Below are positions 59,715 to 64,000 of a stretch of DNA of 64,000 bases, in pieces. The notes beneath the pieces are model-generated. The model was not told the DNA's origin. It ran no database searches and saw only the letters and a list, made by a program, of their open reading frames with translations. Source of the DNA: Selaginella moellendorffii (Eukaryota; Plantae; Lycopodiophyta); contig NW_003314304.1 of assembly GCF_000143415.4 (NCBI RefSeq), positions 1,499,351-1,563,350 of the forward strand, in the 5' to 3' direction. Numbering within the stretch: position 1 is the stretch's first letter; every line of letters begins with the position of its first letter. Position numbers and translations under genes: made by a program.

Positions 59715-62459
59715 CTTGCGGATCGATCGGAGTGGAAGTATTTCGAGCGCCCGCTGCCAAGAGGAGGGAATATTTCGGAGCGATTACCTCCAATTCGCCA
59801 TGGAAAGCCGAGGATCGAATGGGAAAAGCGAGGAAGATCACGGGAAGCAGAGAGAAAGAAGGAAAAAGCTCGATTCAACGCGAGCCCCTTGTGTGATTAC
59901 CTAGCTCCATCGATGCCCCGTCGACGCGCGCTGCGCTCGCCGATCGCGCCCGTGACACAGTGGCGCAGCGCCTTCAAATTCGACACATTGCCCGGGCAAG
60001 CGTCACAATCCCAATGCCGCCACCGCTGCGAGGCGCTGCCAACACGATCAACGAGAATCGATGCCCTAGCGCATCAAGATCCCCGCTTTGCTCGGCGAGA
60101 GAGAGAGAAGAGCAATGGCGCAGCGCTCCTCGCCATAGCCAACTACTAGCTAATAGCTATCCATCCAAATGCCGTACAATTCTCCCCAGGTCGGGTTTAT
60201 GACATGGAAGTCCACTAGCTTGACACGTGGCACAGCTACATCTGAATCCAGGCACCGTGGACGCCCTTTTCAGCCCTTCGGGCTTACGGCCAATTTAGCT
60301 ATCTGCCTCAAATTTAGCTAACCGGTTTGTTGCCAGATTTAGCAGCTCCCCGAATTTAAATCACTTTTGTCCAAGCTGCCAGTTTGTCGGAATCCAGTTT
60401 GGACCACTGGGGGACGCCGGGCTCGAACCCGGACCAGCGGATGCCGCGCCGCGCCGGACTCGAGCCACGGACCGGCGGTCTCGTCGCCGGACTCGAACCC
60501 GCCTTCGTACGCTCTACGCCTCCACCGCTACCATACGCCTCTCTCTAGTTTATTATACGCCTCCAATCCTTGGTAGTGCTTCCTCATTATCACCTCTACG
60601 TGACAACCAACCCGGCGTAGAGTACGTGGGGTACGACGTTTGAAACTCCATTCATTTAAGAGAATAAAAGAGAGAACGCCACTGTAGCTAAACCTAGAAA
60701 TCAAAAACTAAACTACATCGTGCCATTATTGGTTTGACTCTATGGCTTAGATGCAACACCTTTTACTCGGGCGGTGCCCTAATCCTCGCGAATAATAGAA
60801 TATTCGCTACCGGAGAATATTCCGGAATCGGCCCGTGGTCCACATGATAGAGGGCAGTGACAAGAGGTTTTGGGCCCCCCCCCCAAAATGCTTATTTTTA
60901 TTGTTCGCTGGGAGTCCATGTTCCCTCTTTAGCTCCCCATGTGTGGCCTTTGTTTTTGTTGCCAGCCAAAGAAACACACAGAAAGTTTGAAGGAGAGAGA
61001 GAGCGCAAAAATCTGAGAGGAGAGGAAGAAATGGCACCGGCTTTGATTGACTTTGCCCCGCTCCATTTCTTTGATCCCTCCATCTCCATCTCGTCCTTTT
61101 TCTTGTTCTACTCGGACTCAGACGATTCGATCCATGTCATGTTTCGCTCGAAGTCGATGGATCACTGCCCGATCACTCCACCACTTCTTGTCGACTGGAA
61201 AAGTCTTTAAATTCCTCTCGCTGATGCGATCAGCACGGCATTAGCCTGAGATCAAGGCCGCGGATCATCCAGCAAAGTCTAAGCTTTTTGCCACGGATGT
61301 GACAAGCTAACGTGTTGTCCAGAGCGCTTACAGATTCCATTGTTTTTTCCATGACAATTCTTTTTCCTCCGGTGACCGGCACGAAAGTCGTCCGAAGCAA
61401 CCCAAACTGGAAACAAGATACATGCCCAGTTTCTCAGACAGATTTCCTCAAGCCCGGCAGCACACGGAAGACGAAGAAATTCGTTAAAAATCCACGAGCA
61501 AGCAGCAAGAGAGAGAGAGAGAGAGAGAGAGACATAAAGAACTTTGCCAAGCCCAAAGTCGTTGATGTTAAGCTAGGCCGTGCTTGAAGCGCGTGATGAT
61601 GATCATGAAAGTTCCTGTCGAGATGCTCAGTGGATTCTCCGTGTCTCCAGCTAGAGACTTATCGATCAATCCACAGTGTGCGGCAGCCGTCGTTTCGCTC
61701 GATCGCTCCCTCGTTTGCAAAAGCTCGGACTTGACGATCCTTCTCTTTCTGCCATGGATTCCTCCATGAAGAGACCACCGAGCCAAGTTGCGAGAGTGAG
61801 GTTAAGCTGTAGTGATCTTACGGACATCCTCTTTTTGGATTGCTTCCTTTTTTACTCCGCGTATCATATCGACACTGTTGTAGAAGAAACAAACGAGTTT
61901 TGGAGGTAGCAACTTCCCTTCCATTTGATTGATACATGAAGAACAAGACATCGCTTGCAAGTGGAAGATCACACGGGAGATGTTTGGAGTCAAACTGGAA
62001 CTTTCGTGATTGTTACGAGCACCTCCCCTGAAGCCAGCACCACACTATCTATCTGGTAATGTTTCAAAACGAGTAAACTAATCAGTGTTTGGGAATGAAT
62101 GTTTGTGCTGCTTGGCCACTTGCACTGCGGCAGCAGAGGAGGATGTTTTGCGGCAACTATACCTGACTAAATCGAAGTACTTTAATTGCAATTTGCAAGA
62201 TCACAAGTACTAGTCCTGAAGAAAAACAGCGAGATGTGCTTATAATCAAGGCATTCTTGCAACGCAAGTGGAAATTCACTATGTTTACCTGGGCTTTCCG
62301 AGGATGCTTCATCTGAATCGCATAGTGTCACCCTGCCATATGAAAAAGACAAGAGAAAAATTCTTACTCACTAGAGTTTGGCAATTTTACTCTAGTTACT
62401 ACAATTTTTCCATTGTTGATACTCACTGTAGCTTAAGATGTAAAGTTTTGTGTCATGTT

Positions 62460-64000
62460 CTAGAATTTTGTCTATAGTTACAAAACCACAAGCTTATCCA
62501 TAAATGGATTGATATTACTATAAACAATTAAAGAAAAAAATTTGAAAGACGATCAATAGAGTTCAAATATAGAGGGAAATGGCTCATGAATAAAAATACA
62601 TTTTATTTTCCAAGTGTATTTATTTTTTCAATCGATTAAAGGTCTTGGGATATTTGGGGTTAAGTGTCTCTCGGTTGGGTGACTTCCCAGGAATTTCAAA
62701 TTTAAGAGTTTATAATTACTTCAATGCAACAACTTCTTTCTCTTCCTTTCAGCTTCTTTTCTTTGCTTTTCAATATGTAGTGAATGAAATGCTTTCACTT
62801 GTAAGTTTTTCATAGATGAGTGAATAAAACTTGATTAACTCTTATAACCTATTTTTCCAAAGTTACATTTAAGATGGCTAAGTGAGCAGTGTGATGTGCT
62901 CTTATAATCAAGCGAATAGTTTCTTAACTTGTGCTAATCAAAATTTGCTCACAGATATAATATAAAATAGGTGAGGATGCAATAAATTTATTCATTCGAG
63001 AAAAATCATTCTTTTACTTCTTGTTAAATATATAGTTTTTGATTATGATGTTCTTCACTTTTTTTCAAGGGTGCAACATATACTCCCTTAGTCAAAGATG
63101 CAGTTGTTGATTCCATGTTATAGGTAAAAAATTGATAATTAGAATTGTTGCAAGTTTCAATATTAATTTTGGGACCAACTTCTAAAGTTTTACCAAGATT
63201 ATTTTAAATTAATAAATTCAAAACTTTTTCTTGACAATCATGAGAAGTCAACACTTCAAGTTGGAAATATCACCAAAGTTAACCTTAACCATATAATATC
63301 CAATCTCATTACAACCAAAATGTGGCTTAGATTATTCAATAGCAATCCAAACACTTAACCATATTCATCACTTGGAGATGTAATGATAATTATCAATAGT
63401 TTGCTTTAGATATTGCTTTATAAGGAATTGTTCTCCTAAAAAACAATGGCTTACTACTTTTATTCACAATCTTGAAAATTGTGGCTCTTATAGGAAACAA
63501 TATAAATACAACATACATGATACTTGGAACCATATAATATCCAATCTCATTACAACCAAAATGTGGCTAAAATTATTCATTAGCAATCCAAACACTTAAC
63601 CATATTCATCACTTGGAGATGTAATGATAATTATCAACAGCTTGCTTTAGATATTGCTTTCCAAGGAATTGTTCTCCTAAAAAACAATGGCTTACTACTT
63701 TTATTCACAATCTTGAAAATTATGGCTTTTATAGGAAACGATGTAAATACAACATACATGATACTTGGAAACTACAAATTTGAAAGATAAGTTTTTTCTC
63801 AAAACTCTTTAGATATTATTTATGGTTTTCTTGGAGAAATGTCATACAAGTATGTATCACCTTTGCAAAATATGCAAATCTACAGTAATAACATCCTCTA
63901 TTTATAATACTTATTTTGAGAATGTAGTCTCAACTCATCTCCAACATTTCAAATGCAACCACTTATCCTATTATTCTTGTGATCACTACTCTTTGTTGAT
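62460..64000 (+). pseudogene. BXL: GH3 beta-D-xylosidase pseudogene, copy C, with an internal 241-bp tandem duplication (63287-63527 / 63528-63768)
   Basis: SSVMCSYNQ; GIVLLKNNG appears twice. Confidence 0.75.
62519..62714 (+). mobile_element. Decayed Cassandra solo LTR with ATTAC TSD, copy C
   Basis: Same insertion site as 22397-22586. Confidence 0.8.

Larger units (their letters stand above)
58795..64000. repeat. Segmental duplication unit C (runs off the window)
   Basis: Collinear with 18590-23645. Confidence 0.85.

Overview
Compact land-plant nuclear DNA with ~50-70-nt introns and tiny intergenic gaps; a lycophyte such as Selaginella is my inference. Bases 1-19.6 kb hold seven intact genes: a type I inositol polyphosphate 5-phosphatase, an LRRC40-like LRR protein, a plastid S1-domain RNA-binding protein, V-ATPase subunit C, isopropylmalate synthase, organellar TyrRS and EIN3/EIL. 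From ~19.8 kb onward the window is a tandem segmental duplication (copy A ~19.8-36.96 kb, B ~36.96-58.8 kb, C 58.8 kb-end, partial). Each unit is a mosaic of dead gene pieces (EIN3 5' region, GH3 beta-xylosidase, KLHDC4-like kelch, PHO1 SPX, sucrose-phosphate phosphatase) around a TORNADO1-like LRR-Roc-COR gene, which is intact only in B. Three highlights. (1) A tandem array of Cassandra-type TRIMs with 5S-rRNA-derived LTRs, whose third LTR and PBS run straight into a chromoviral Ty3/gypsy gag-pol; this is a candidate autonomous partner of Cassandra. (2) Two canonical GT-AG introns inside that integrase. (3) The two Roco paralogs differ mainly at solvent-exposed LRR positions, as immune receptors do.
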